From Candidatus Kaiserbacteria bacterium RIFCSPLOWO2_01_FULL_54_13 (GTDB lineage Bacteria > Patescibacteriota > Minisyncoccia > Phycocordibacterales > UBA2100), in assembly GCA_001781685.1 (NCBI GenBank), contig MFLZ01000015.1, positions 41,042 through 72,189 on the forward strand: a DNA stretch of 31,148 nucleotides. Direction: 5' to 3'. The position numbers and the translations under genes are program-made. Shown here one piece after another: positions 1 through 7,507 of the stretch. The notes beneath the pieces are model-generated. The model was not told where the DNA came from. It worked only from the letters and a program-made list of their open reading frames with translations, and made no database searches. Position 1 is the stretch's first letter. Each line of letters opens with the position of its first letter.

Positions 1-1
1 C

Positions 2-127
2 AACAACCGCTCGCAGGTTTTGAGCGGACGCAACAAGCGCTGGACGAAAGTCGACAACAAAACCGGCCGCTTCATGGATCAGATGTCGCGCAGAGGCCGT
101 GCGTTCAAAGGTGTACGGATGAAGTAG
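2..127 (+). CDS. 3' end of a small basic hypothetical protein (5'-partial)
   Basis: Open frame from base 2 to TAG 125-127: NNRSQVLSGRNKRWTKVDNKTGRFMDQMSRRGRAFKGVRMK. The RSQ..WxKxD..TGRFMD..FKGVR pattern resembles a widespread small uncharacterised family (recalled, not searched). Confidence 0.65.
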   Translation, partial: NNRSQVLSGRNKRWTKVDNKTGRFMDQMSRRGRAFKGVRMK

Positions 128-128
128 T

Positions 129-157
129 TTGACTTCTGGCAGCTTTTACTGCTTAAT
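129..157 (+). promoter_or_regulatory. Possible sigma70 promoter for the csp-like gene
   Basis: TTGACT (129-134), 17 nt, CTTAAT (152-157). Predicted start near 164, where the hairpin begins. The -10 is weak. Confidence 0.35.
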
Positions 158-167
158 GCAAGCGGGC

Positions 168-259
168 TTCTCCTCCAGTCTTACGCGCATCAGGAAGGTG
201 CGCGGAAATCCTGGAAGGAGAGGGTAGCTCCTTCACATGATTATGCGGCACAACTACCC
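168..259 (+). promoter_or_regulatory. Structured leader with alternative helices
   Basis: 168-178/211-222 (11 bp, one bulge) encloses 184-191/197-204 (8 bp, AGGAA loop). 214-220 GAAGGAG can instead pair with 228-234 CTCCTTC; 222-227 GGGTAG pairs with 254-259 CTACCC. Confidence 0.45.
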
Positions 260-273
260 AGGGAATTAGAACA

Positions 274-504
274 ATGCCCGGAAAGTCGAACATTCCGCGT
301 CAGCGCGGCTGTATCTGTCAGCTCCCTAAGGTTCGGACGAAGTATATTGCTTTCGAGCAGGGCGGCCGCAGCATCAAAATTGCTGCTTCGGCCCTTCGGG
401 CCTGCGAGTTCGAGCTCAACGAAGGCAAGAAGATATCCTTCAGCATTCGGCGTGGCAGGGCCGGAGCGGACGAGGCAGTGGATCTCAGGGAGGTCCACGA
501 CTAG
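274..504 (+). CDS. Degenerate cold-shock-domain (OB-fold)-like small protein, 76 aa
   Basis: C-terminal ASAL..ELNEGKKISFSIRRGRAGADEAVDL matches the CSD pattern SAI..LxEGxxVxFxIxxGxxGxxAxxV. Length fits; RNP aromatic residues are absent. Confidence 0.55.
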   Translation: MPGKSNIPRQRGCICQLPKVRTKYIAFEQGGRSIKIAASALRACEFELNEGKKISFSIRRGRAGADEAVDLREVHD

Positions 505-646
505 AAGTCTGCCCCGCCGGCTCAGATAGTTAGCTGCGGAAACTCCGCCTGATGAGGACGCCGATTGCGACTCCTCCGCCGCGCTGGGAGCCGGTCGGTT
601 TCTCGGCGGACAGCCAGCGTAGCGACCGCCGCTCGGCAACACAAGT

Positions 647-687
647 GCCGCGCCCCTCGATACGTTGGGGGCGCGGCGCGTTTTTTT
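647..687 (+). terminator. Rho-independent terminator
   Basis: GCCGCGCCCCT (647-657) / GGGGGCGCGGC (667-677) stem, then GCG and T7 (681-687). Confidence 0.8.
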
Positions 688-742
688 AGGAATTAATCTT
701 TTTAGAACCTGGTCGCTTTGTTTGGGAGATAATCGGATACTG

Positions 743-748
743 TATACT
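743..748 (+). promoter_or_regulatory. -10 box, leaderless geometry
   Basis: TATACT, 7 nt, ATG at 756. Confidence 0.55.
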
Positions 749-755
749 AGCGCAA

Positions 756-1343
756 ATGACAGGTCGAGATCTCGAATTTCTGTACGAGATTGGCTCCTTG
801 CGCAACATTCCGCGCGCGTGGATTCAGCACCTCGCTACGGATTGTTCCTCAACTCTTGAGCACACGCTTCGCGTCGTGTTCCTATCGCTTCTCATCGCGC
901 GGAAGGAAGGCGTGAAGAACGAAGAGAAGCTAATCAAGATGGCACTCGTGCACGATCTCGCCGAGACGCGCACCGCGGACTTGGCGTACGTGCACAAGGT
1001 CTACACCACAAGCGACGATGCGCGCGCAGCACGCGATCTTTTTGCAGGAACGGTATTTGCTGATCTCGAGGAAATTCTGAAGGAATACGAAAAGCGTGCT
1101 TCAAAGGAGGCAAAGATCGTGAAGGACGCAGACAATCTCGACGTCGATCTAGAACTTCGGGAGCTGCGTGAGCGCGGGAATCAAGTAGCGGTGAAAAAAC
1201 AGCCTCTGCGCAAGCTCGTCCGCGACAAGAAACTCTACACCAAGACGGCGCGGAAACTCTGGGATGAAATCCAAAAGTCCGACCCTTCGAGTTGGCATCT
1301 CTCGGCAAACAAGTGGCTCAAGGTGCCGAAGGCGGGGCAGTAA
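756..1343 (+). CDS. HD-domain phosphohydrolase (YfbR/HDDC2-like 5'-deoxynucleotidase family)
   Basis: EHTLRV...MALVHDLAE...D and KDADNLD give the H..HD..D metal motif; 195 aa. Confidence 0.85.
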   Translation: MTGRDLEFLYEIGSLRNIPRAWIQHLATDCSSTLEHTLRVVFLSLLIARKEGVKNEEKLIKMALVHDLAETRTADLAYVHKVYTTSDDARAARDLFAGTVFADLEEILKEYEKRASKEAKIVKDADNLDVDLELRELRERGNQVAVKKQPLRKLVRDKKLYTKTARKLWDEIQKSDPSSWHLSANKWLKVPKAGQ

Positions 1344-1345
1344 TT

Positions 1346-1354
1346 TGCTATACT
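1346..1354 (+). promoter_or_regulatory. Extended -10 box, leaderless geometry
   Basis: TGC-TATACT, 6 nt, ATG at 1361. Confidence 0.6.
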
Positions 1355-1360
1355 GCGCCC

Positions 1361-2434
1361 ATGCTCCAAGCTCCCATTTACGATCCCAACAAAACGTACT
1401 ATGAGAACTGGGAGGAGGGACCGTTCGGGGGTTTCCGAGATGGCGTCACGATTCCTGTCGGCACTTCCCGCTTTGATTTTCTCGGACAAAAACTAAGCTA
1501 TCCGCTCGGCATTCCCTCGGGGCCGCTCTTGAACGGCAAGTACATAAAGGCCGCGCTCGACAAAGGATTCGACGTGCCGGTGTATAAAACGGTGCGGAGC
1601 CGAAAGTATCCCTGCAACGAGTGGCCGAATGTCTTGGGCGCGGATCTTGAGGGAGATCTCACGCTCGCGCGCGCTCAAAAGCCCGTCGTGGTGAGGAACG
1701 AATACCGCGAGCCGCTCTCCATCACGAACTCGTTCGGCGTTCCTGCGTATGAGCCGGAGATCTGGCAACGAGATCTCAAAGATTGCATTGCCTATGCGAA
1801 GCCGGGCCAGCTCGTCATGTGCAGTTTCGAGGGAACTGCGTGGGAAGGTGCATCGCACGCGGACTATATCGCCGATTGGGCAAATGGAATGAAGGCGCTC
1901 AAAGATCTCGGCGTCAAAGTAGTCGAAGCGAATTTCAGTTGTCCTAACGAAGGCATCGCAGGACTTCTGTGCTTCGATGTTCCCAAAGTGAAGTTGATAT
2001 CGGAGGCTATCAAGGAAAAAATTGGCGACACGCCGCTCGTCGCAAAGCTCGCATACTTTGGCGCGGATGAACTGCGCGAGCTCGTAAAGGAGACTGGCAA
2101 TCTTATCGACGGTTACGCGGCGATCAACACCATTCCTGCCACCGTCGTGAAGCCCGATGGCACGCAAGCTCTTCCGGGCGGAGAGAGGCGCAAAAAGAGC
2201 GGCATCTGCGGGGCGGCGATCAAATGGGCGGGCCTCGACATGGTGCGCCGCCTCAAAGCACTGCGTGAGGAGCTCGGCATGAAGTACGCGATTGTGGGTG
2301 TCGGTGGCGTCACCACTCCGAAGGATTTCAAGGAATATCGCGATGCGGGCGCCGATATCGTCATGAGCGCAACCGGCGCCATGTGGAACCCCTATCTCGC
2401 AAAAGAAATCAAAGATACCTATCCGGACGCATAG
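1361..2434 (+). CDS. Dihydroorotate dehydrogenase / dihydropyrimidine dehydrogenase-like FMN TIM-barrel protein (357 aa)
   Basis: GIPSGP, KTV, NSFG, EANFSCPN (active-site Cys loop), AKL, INT, SG, GVGGV and SATG motifs. Start set at ATG 1361, after the HD stop and next to a -10 box. Confidence 0.8.
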   Translation: MLQAPIYDPNKTYYENWEEGPFGGFRDGVTIPVGTSRFDFLGQKLSYPLGIPSGPLLNGKYIKAALDKGFDVPVYKTVRSRKYPCNEWPNVLGADLEGDLTLARAQKPVVVRNEYREPLSITNSFGVPAYEPEIWQRDLKDCIAYAKPGQLVMCSFEGTAWEGASHADYIADWANGMKALKDLGVKVVEANFSCPNEGIAGLLCFDVPKVKLISEAIKEKIGDTPLVAKLAYFGADELRELVKETGNLIDGYAAINTIPATVVKPDGTQALPGGERRKKSGICGAAIKWAGLDMVRRLKALREELGMKYAIVGVGGVTTPKDFKEYRDAGADIVMSATGAMWNPYLAKEIKDTYPDA

Positions 2435-2533
2435 CTGGGATTTCAGACGACGATTACCGTCTTCTGTCCACGCCGCGCGTGGGTGTATAGTTTTGGGAGC
2501 CCTTATACATTTATAAAAATAATTTTGAGATTC

Positions 2534-3673
2534 ATGAATAAACTCACGTGGGTAGTAGTTGCGATAATCGTAATCGCAGGCGGCTGGTGGCTTTTGTCGA
2601 ATTCACAACAGGGCCCCACGGAGACCGGCCCGATTAAGATCGGTGTCATCGGGCCGTATACAGGTGACGCAGCAGCCTATGGCGAGCCGATGCGCAACAC
2701 TGTTCAACTTGCGGTTGATGAGATTAATGCAGCAGGAGGTGTGAGAGGGCGACTGATTGAAATTATTTTCGAGGATGGTAAGTGTGACAGTACAGCTGCG
2801 GTTTCCGCAGCACAGAAGCTCATCAACGCAGACGGTGTGAAGGCTGTCATAGGCGGATTCTGCAGCGGCGAGACGATTCCGGTCGTACCGATTGCCGAGT
2901 CAGCAAAGATGGTTTTGCTCTCGCCCTCGGCGTCGAGCCCGCTTCTGACAAACGCAGGTCCACACTTTTTCCGCGATTACCCAAGTGATTCAGCGCAAGG
3001 GAAAGTTCTTGCGGAGATCGCATATAACACCAAGCAATGGAAGAAAGTGGCTTTCATTCAAGAGCAGACAGATTACGCGAAAGGAGTTTTTGACGCGTTC
3101 GAGGCAGCCTTCAAGCCTCTCGGCGGCACGACAGTGAACCAGGCGTTTCCCTCGACGACGAACGACTTCCGCTCACTTCTCACGAAGCTGAAGGCGGAGA
3201 ATCCGGACGCACTCTTCGTCGACACGCAGGCGCCCGCGGCGGCCCAACGGATCTTGAAACAGGCGGGAGAACTTGGCTGGAAGCCCAACATTATCCTCAA
3301 CGACGTGGGCGGCGGCGATAAAGAAACGGTGAGCACCTACGCCTCTCAACTCGAGGGCGCCATTACGGCCGAGTTCGTTCCGAACGAGAACAATCCGAAA
3401 CTCCAAAAACTCGTCGCTGACTACAAGGCGAGGTACAACGAGGACCTTCCGTACCATGGGTACATGTCCACGACCTACGACGCAGTCTATCTTCTCGCTG
3501 AAGGCATCAAGGTTGTCGGATATGATGGAGAAAAACTTGCCGCGTGGTCTCGCACTATCAGGAATTGGGACGGTGCCTCCGGCTCAATCACGATTGGTTC
3601 CGATGGCGACCGCGTGAGCGGACACACCGCTGAGGAGATCAAAGGCGGCAAGACGCAGCTTCTCGCTCGGTAG
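2534..3673 (+). CDS. Branched-chain amino acid ABC substrate-binding protein 1 (LivJ/LivK-like), N-terminal TM anchor
   Basis: PIKIGVIGPYTGDAAAYG, EDGKC..AVIGGFCSG (LivJ-type Cys pair), QTDYAKG, YDAVYLLA. Hydrophobic N-terminus without a lipobox Cys. Confidence 0.9.
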   Translation: MNKLTWVVVAIIVIAGGWWLLSNSQQGPTETGPIKIGVIGPYTGDAAAYGEPMRNTVQLAVDEINAAGGVRGRLIEIIFEDGKCDSTAAVSAAQKLINADGVKAVIGGFCSGETIPVVPIAESAKMVLLSPSASSPLLTNAGPHFFRDYPSDSAQGKVLAEIAYNTKQWKKVAFIQEQTDYAKGVFDAFEAAFKPLGGTTVNQAFPSTTNDFRSLLTKLKAENPDALFVDTQAPAAAQRILKQAGELGWKPNIILNDVGGGDKETVSTYASQLEGAITAEFVPNENNPKLQKLVADYKARYNEDLPYHGYMSTTYDAVYLLAEGIKVVGYDGEKLAAWSRTIRNWDGASGSITIGSDGDRVSGHTAEEIKGGKTQLLAR

Positions 3674-3686
3674 TCAGGACGTACGC

Positions 3687-3718
3687 ACAAGTCCCCGAAT
3701 ATCCGGGGACTTTGTTTC
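3687..3718. terminator. Probable bidirectional terminator between convergent genes
   Basis: AAGTCCCCG (3689-3697) / CGGGGACTT (3704-3712), followed by TGTTT. Confidence 0.7.
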
Positions 3719-3726
3719 GCGTCCGA

Positions 3727-4494
3727 CTATGCGGCTTTTTCCGCGATGAAGTCGAAGAGTGTTTTCATCATGTCTGATATTGCCTCGTCCTCAATGATGA
3801 CGGCTATCGGGTTTTCGCGCGCATACGAGACGACTGCAACCTTGTTGTCATAGATGCTGATGTCGCCGTCAAATGTATATTTCGCTGGAAGGAATTTTGT
3901 TGTGCGTATGTACTTGTGGTCATCGGCTTTGCTTCGGCGTCCGCTTTCGGTTTCCGGAACGATGTCAATACAGCGTATGCCGAGGCGCGTTCGCTTTTCA
4001 AGAAACGCTGTTACCCATTTGTTGTCGAGGTTCTCATACACAGCATCCATGCCGGTGATGCCGCGCAGAAGTTTTTCTTTGTTGTTCTCCGCTACGTCAT
4101 CGTATGCCTGTGTGACGCCCTCTTCTCCCTCAAAGAACTGTACTTTTGGGAGAGATTTTCCGCGAGTACGCAGCAGTTTGATCTGCGGGATCATCTCGGC
4201 GATATGCCGTTTACTTTCTGCGAGTTCTTCGCGCTGTCGCTCGATCCAGCTCGGGAGCAGTTCGACAGCGATCGCCTGATACCGCGTGACGCCGTCTTTT
4301 TCAACGCGCGACACGAGCGCTTTCTCCGAAAGCTCGCGGACGATGTCGTAGATTGTTGTTCTATTGAGCTTTGTTGCTCGGGCGAGGGATGAGACGAGCA
4401 TGGGGCTCCCGCTCTCAATCAGCGCTTCCAAGACGGTTATCTCCTTCTTCTTTAGGCCCGCACTCTCCAAGGGCTTTCTGAGCGACAGTATCAT
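3727..4494 (-). CDS. TrmB-family transcriptional regulator (N-terminal wHTH, C-terminal effector domain)
   Basis: GLKKKEITVLEAL..SSLARATKLNRTTIYDIVRELSEKALV wHTH, coiled coil, VQFFEGEEGV, DISIYDNKVAVVS..AVIIED. Confidence 0.85.
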   Translation of the reverse strand: MILSLRKPLESAGLKKKEITVLEALIESGSPMLVSSLARATKLNRTTIYDIVRELSEKALVSRVEKDGVTRYQAIAVELLPSWIERQREELAESKRHIAEMIPQIKLLRTRGKSLPKVQFFEGEEGVTQAYDDVAENNKEKLLRGITGMDAVYENLDNKWVTAFLEKRTRLGIRCIDIVPETESGRRSKADDHKYIRTTKFLPAKYTFDGDISIYDNKVAVVSYARENPIAVIIEDEAISDMMKTLFDFIAEKAA

Positions 4495-4517
4495 GATTGT
4501 TGTGGCAATTCGTCGAC

Positions 4518-4546
4518 AGTTTATTCCAGATAGCCTTGACTGTCAA
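4518..4546 (-). promoter_or_regulatory. sigma70 promoter of the TrmB-like gene
   Basis: Minus strand TTGACA (4546-4541), 17 nt, TAAACT (4523-4518). Confidence 0.75.
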
Positions 4547-4563
4547 GTATATAAGGCTATTAT
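4536..4563 (+). promoter_or_regulatory. sigma70 promoter of SBP2
   Basis: TTGACT (4536-4541), 16 nt, TATTAT (4558-4563). Confidence 0.6.
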
Positions 4564-4614
4564 GTCGCCGCGAGATACTGACAACTTTATCACTTTGTAA
4601 ATACAACAACACAT

Positions 4615-5736
4615 ATGAATACTAAAAGCAAGGCTGTGGTGGGAATTGTGGCGGTTCTCCTTCTCATTGCCGGTTGGTGGATTCTCGGTGTACAAGGCAC
4701 TCCGGAAGGGAAGGGACCGATAAAAATCGGCGCGTCGCTTCCGCTGACGGGCGAGGCGGCAAGCTATGGCGAAATGACGAAACCGGGCATTGATCTTGCC
4801 GTGAGGGAAATCAACGATTCGGGTGGCATCGAAGGTCGGCCAATCGAGATAGTGTATGAAGACGACAAGTGCTCAAGCGAGGGAGGAAGCAGCGCCTTCA
4901 ATAAGCTCGTTGCGGTTGATAAGGTTGCAGCTGTCATCGGTCCAGTGTGCTCGGTTGCGGCAAGTGCAGCCTTGCCGATAGCTCAGAAGAGCGGGGTGCC
5001 GACTCTTATCATCGCATCTGCTCCCGGGCTCACAAAAATCGGCGATTACATCTTTCGTGTCTATCCTTCTGATTCTCTCCAAGGGAAATTTGCCGCCGAG
5101 TACGTGTTCAACACGCTCGGCAAACACGCTGTCGCTATTCTCTATGTCAAAAACGACTGGGGTGAAGGACTTAAAGACACTTTCAATCGGAGGTTTACAG
5201 AACTCGGCGGGACCGTCACACTTTCGGAGGGGATTGTTCAGGGTAGAACGGATGTGCGGACCGAGCTGACAAAGATAAAGGCGTCTAGTCCTCAACTGAT
5301 CTACATACCTCTACAACCCGACAGCGGCGTTGCTGTCGCGAAGCAGGCGAAAGCTCTTGGTATCAACGCTCCGCTTTTCGGAGGAGACTTTTTCGACACC
5401 AAAGAATTTACCACACCATCGGAAACTGCGGGAATTCTCTTCACAATCGGTAAGTTCAATAATCCTGAGGAGTTCAAGGCGAGGATAAAGTCTGAAACGG
5501 GTGCCGACTCAGCAATACTCACTCCTTTGGGGTACGACGCTCTCAAGGTTTTCGCGTACGTCATCGGGGAGGCAGGAATCGATCCACAGGCAATGCAACG
5601 TGAGCTCTCAGATCTTTCGTACACGGACGGCGAGTCGCAGCCACTCATCTCGTTCGACAAAGACGGGGATCTTGAGGCGGCCCAGTTTGAGGTGCGCGTT
5701 GTCAAAAGCGGAAAGTCGGAACCGTTCGAGAAGTGA
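4615..5736 (+). CDS. Branched-chain amino acid ABC substrate-binding protein 2 (LivJ/LivK-like), N-terminal TM anchor
   Basis: PIKIGASLPLTGEAASYG, EDDKC..AVIGPVCS, KNDWGEG, GYDALKVFA. No lipobox. Confidence 0.9.
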   Translation: MNTKSKAVVGIVAVLLLIAGWWILGVQGTPEGKGPIKIGASLPLTGEAASYGEMTKPGIDLAVREINDSGGIEGRPIEIVYEDDKCSSEGGSSAFNKLVAVDKVAAVIGPVCSVAASAALPIAQKSGVPTLIIASAPGLTKIGDYIFRVYPSDSLQGKFAAEYVFNTLGKHAVAILYVKNDWGEGLKDTFNRRFTELGGTVTLSEGIVQGRTDVRTELTKIKASSPQLIYIPLQPDSGVAVAKQAKALGINAPLFGGDFFDTKEFTTPSETAGILFTIGKFNNPEEFKARIKSETGADSAILTPLGYDALKVFAYVIGEAGIDPQAMQRELSDLSYTDGESQPLISFDKDGDLEAAQFEVRVVKSGKSEPFEK

Positions 5737-5759
5737 TATTCTGTGGTGCAGGATTGCGG

Positions 5760-5765
5760 TATACT
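5760..5765 (+). promoter_or_regulatory. -10 box, leaderless geometry (internal promoter for livH)
   Basis: TATACT, 7 nt, ATG at 5773. Confidence 0.55.
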
Positions 5766-5772
5766 TTTTGCG

Positions 5773-6639
5773 ATGGACATCGCGGCGCAGCTTATCCTGA
5801 ACGCGATCATCGCAGGGGCGATCTATTCGCTTCTTGCACTTGGGTTCAATCTTCTCTACAGTACGGCGCGCTTTTTCGATCTCGGCTACGGCGCGATGAG
5901 CGTTGCTGGCGCGTACGTTGCGTACACGTTTTATAATCTTCTTGATTTGAGCGTGCCGATTGCCGTTCTTGCCGGCGTGCTTGCTGCAGGTACGCTCGGA
6001 TTTGTGGTTGAGAAACTCGTGTATCGACCGCTTCGTGCGCGCAAGGCAACTCACACGGTGCTCCTAATCGCATCTCTTGGTGTTTTGATAGTTATTCAAG
6101 CTGTTATTTCCATTATCTTCTCGAGTCAATTCAAAATACTCTCGAAGGACGTGAACCTCGAGCCTGTATTCAATGTATTTGGTGGCGCTATCACACAGAC
6201 TCAGGTCATTATCCTCGTAGCGGCACTCCTAATCATGGTTGCACTCGCGCTTACTCTCAAGTACACCCTCTTTGGAAAGGCGGTGAACGCGATTGCGGAC
6301 GACGAGGAAGTGGCGCGCGTCGTGGGCGTGAACAGCGAGCGCGTCATCGGCGTTGTGTTTTTTGTCGGATCCGCAATCGGTGGTGCGGCAGGCATCGCGA
6401 CTGCGTTCGACTCGGGCATCTATCCCACGATAGGTCTCCCGCTCCTTCTCAATGGCGTTATCGCCTTTATCGTGGGCGGTGTTGGTAATGTGTATGGCGC
6501 GGTGTTGGGCGCATTCGCACTTGCAATCACGGAAAACGCGGCCGCGTGGTTCCTTCCCGGTGAGTGGAAATTCGCGATTGCGTTCCTCGTGCTTATCATC
6601 TTTCTTATCTTTCGTCCGCAGGGGATTCTGCCGAAATGA
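5773..6639 (+). CDS. livH: Branched-chain amino acid ABC permease LivH
   Basis: QLILNAIIAGAIYSLLALGFNL, GKAVNAIADDEEVARVVGVN, FIVGGVGNVYGAVLG, RPQGIL. Confidence 0.92.
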   Translation: MDIAAQLILNAIIAGAIYSLLALGFNLLYSTARFFDLGYGAMSVAGAYVAYTFYNLLDLSVPIAVLAGVLAAGTLGFVVEKLVYRPLRARKATHTVLLIASLGVLIVIQAVISIIFSSQFKILSKDVNLEPVFNVFGGAITQTQVIILVAALLIMVALALTLKYTLFGKAVNAIADDEEVARVVGVNSERVIGVVFFVGSAIGGAAGIATAFDSGIYPTIGLPLLLNGVIAFIVGGVGNVYGAVLGAFALAITENAAAWFLPGEWKFAIAFLVLIIFLIFRPQGILPK

Positions 6640-6640
6640 T

Positions 6641-7507
6641 ATGGAGTACCTGATTCACATTGCGGTTCTCGCGTGCATATATGGGATACTCGGTATTTCT
6701 CTCAACCTCGTAATGGGAGAAACAGGGCTCATATCGGTGACGCACGCGGCCTTTTACGGACTCGGAGCATATGCAGTCGCATTCCTTCTAGTTGGTTTTG
6801 GCATCAATTTTTTTCTCGCGACACTCGCGGGAATGATTCTCGCATCCGGTGTTGCATTTGCAATCGGCGTTGTTTTTCTGCGGCTCAAAGAGGTGTATTA
6901 CGTGCTCGGAACAGTGGGTTCCAACGTGATACTCTTCAGCGTCCTTTTGAACTGGAACAGTGTGACGCGCGGGCCTTTAGGAATCGGGGGGATTCCGCGG
7001 CCTGAGATTTTCGGCTTCCGATTCTCAGAGAACGAAGCGTTTCTTCTTCTCGTACTTGCCGCAGTAGCTATCACGTATGCGATCTCCGTTTTGATAACGC
7101 GCTCTTCGTTCGGACGCGTGTTGAACGCGATCCGCGAAGACGAGGATGTTGTCTCTGTTTTCGGCTATTCCGTCTATCATTACAAGCTCGTCATCTTTAC
7201 AATCGGTGCAGCGTTTGCAGCGCTCGCGGGAGCATTTCTCGCTTCCTATCTCACGTATATCAGCCCGTTCAGTTTTACGGTTGTGGAGTCCATCTTTATT
7301 CTCTCGATTGTTGTTCTTGGAGGACTTGGCTCTGGGCGGGGGGCGCTCATCGCTGCAGGTATTCTCGTCATTACGCCGGAGGCACTTCGCTTCGTCGGCT
7401 TTACGCCCGATATCGCAGCCCAGATGCGGCAGGTACTCTACGGACTCATTCTTATTCTTCTTATGTTGTATCGGCCGCAGGGACTCTTGGGTAGATTTCG
7501 CATATGA
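6641..7507 (+). CDS. livM: Branched-chain amino acid ABC permease LivM
   Basis: ISLNLVMGETGLISVTHAAFYGLGAY, TRGPLGIGGIPRP, FGRVLNAIREDE, VVLGGLGS, PEALRF, RPQGLLG. ATG at 6641, 1 nt after the livH stop. Confidence 0.92.
   Translation: MEYLIHIAVLACIYGILGISLNLVMGETGLISVTHAAFYGLGAYAVAFLLVGFGINFFLATLAGMILASGVAFAIGVVFLRLKEVYYVLGTVGSNVILFSVLLNWNSVTRGPLGIGGIPRPEIFGFRFSENEAFLLLVLAAVAITYAISVLITRSSFGRVLNAIREDEDVVSVFGYSVYHYKLVIFTIGAAFAALAGAFLASYLTYISPFSFTVVESIFILSIVVLGGLGSGRGALIAAGILVITPEALRFVGFTPDIAAQMRQVLYGLILILLMLYRPQGLLGRFRI

Noticed and set aside
152-200. Twister ribozyme (TTAATGCAAGC)
   Set aside because: The required GGUCCNAAGCCC-type segment is absent.
536-560. Hammerhead ribozyme (GAAAC and CTGATGAG)
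   Set aside because: Only 6 nt separate GAAA from CUGAUGA, too few for stems III and I, and no GAAA follows a stem II downstream.
605-627. TPP riboswitch (GCCAGCGTAG) or SRP RNA apical loop
   Set aside because: No CUGAGA or CCUGAU TPP core; no CAGG/AGCA internal loop with a GNRA cap.
241-642. 133-aa minus-strand ORF
   Set aside because: No recognisable motifs. It overlaps the better-supported plus-strand CSD-like ORF, and the terminator is oriented for the plus strand.
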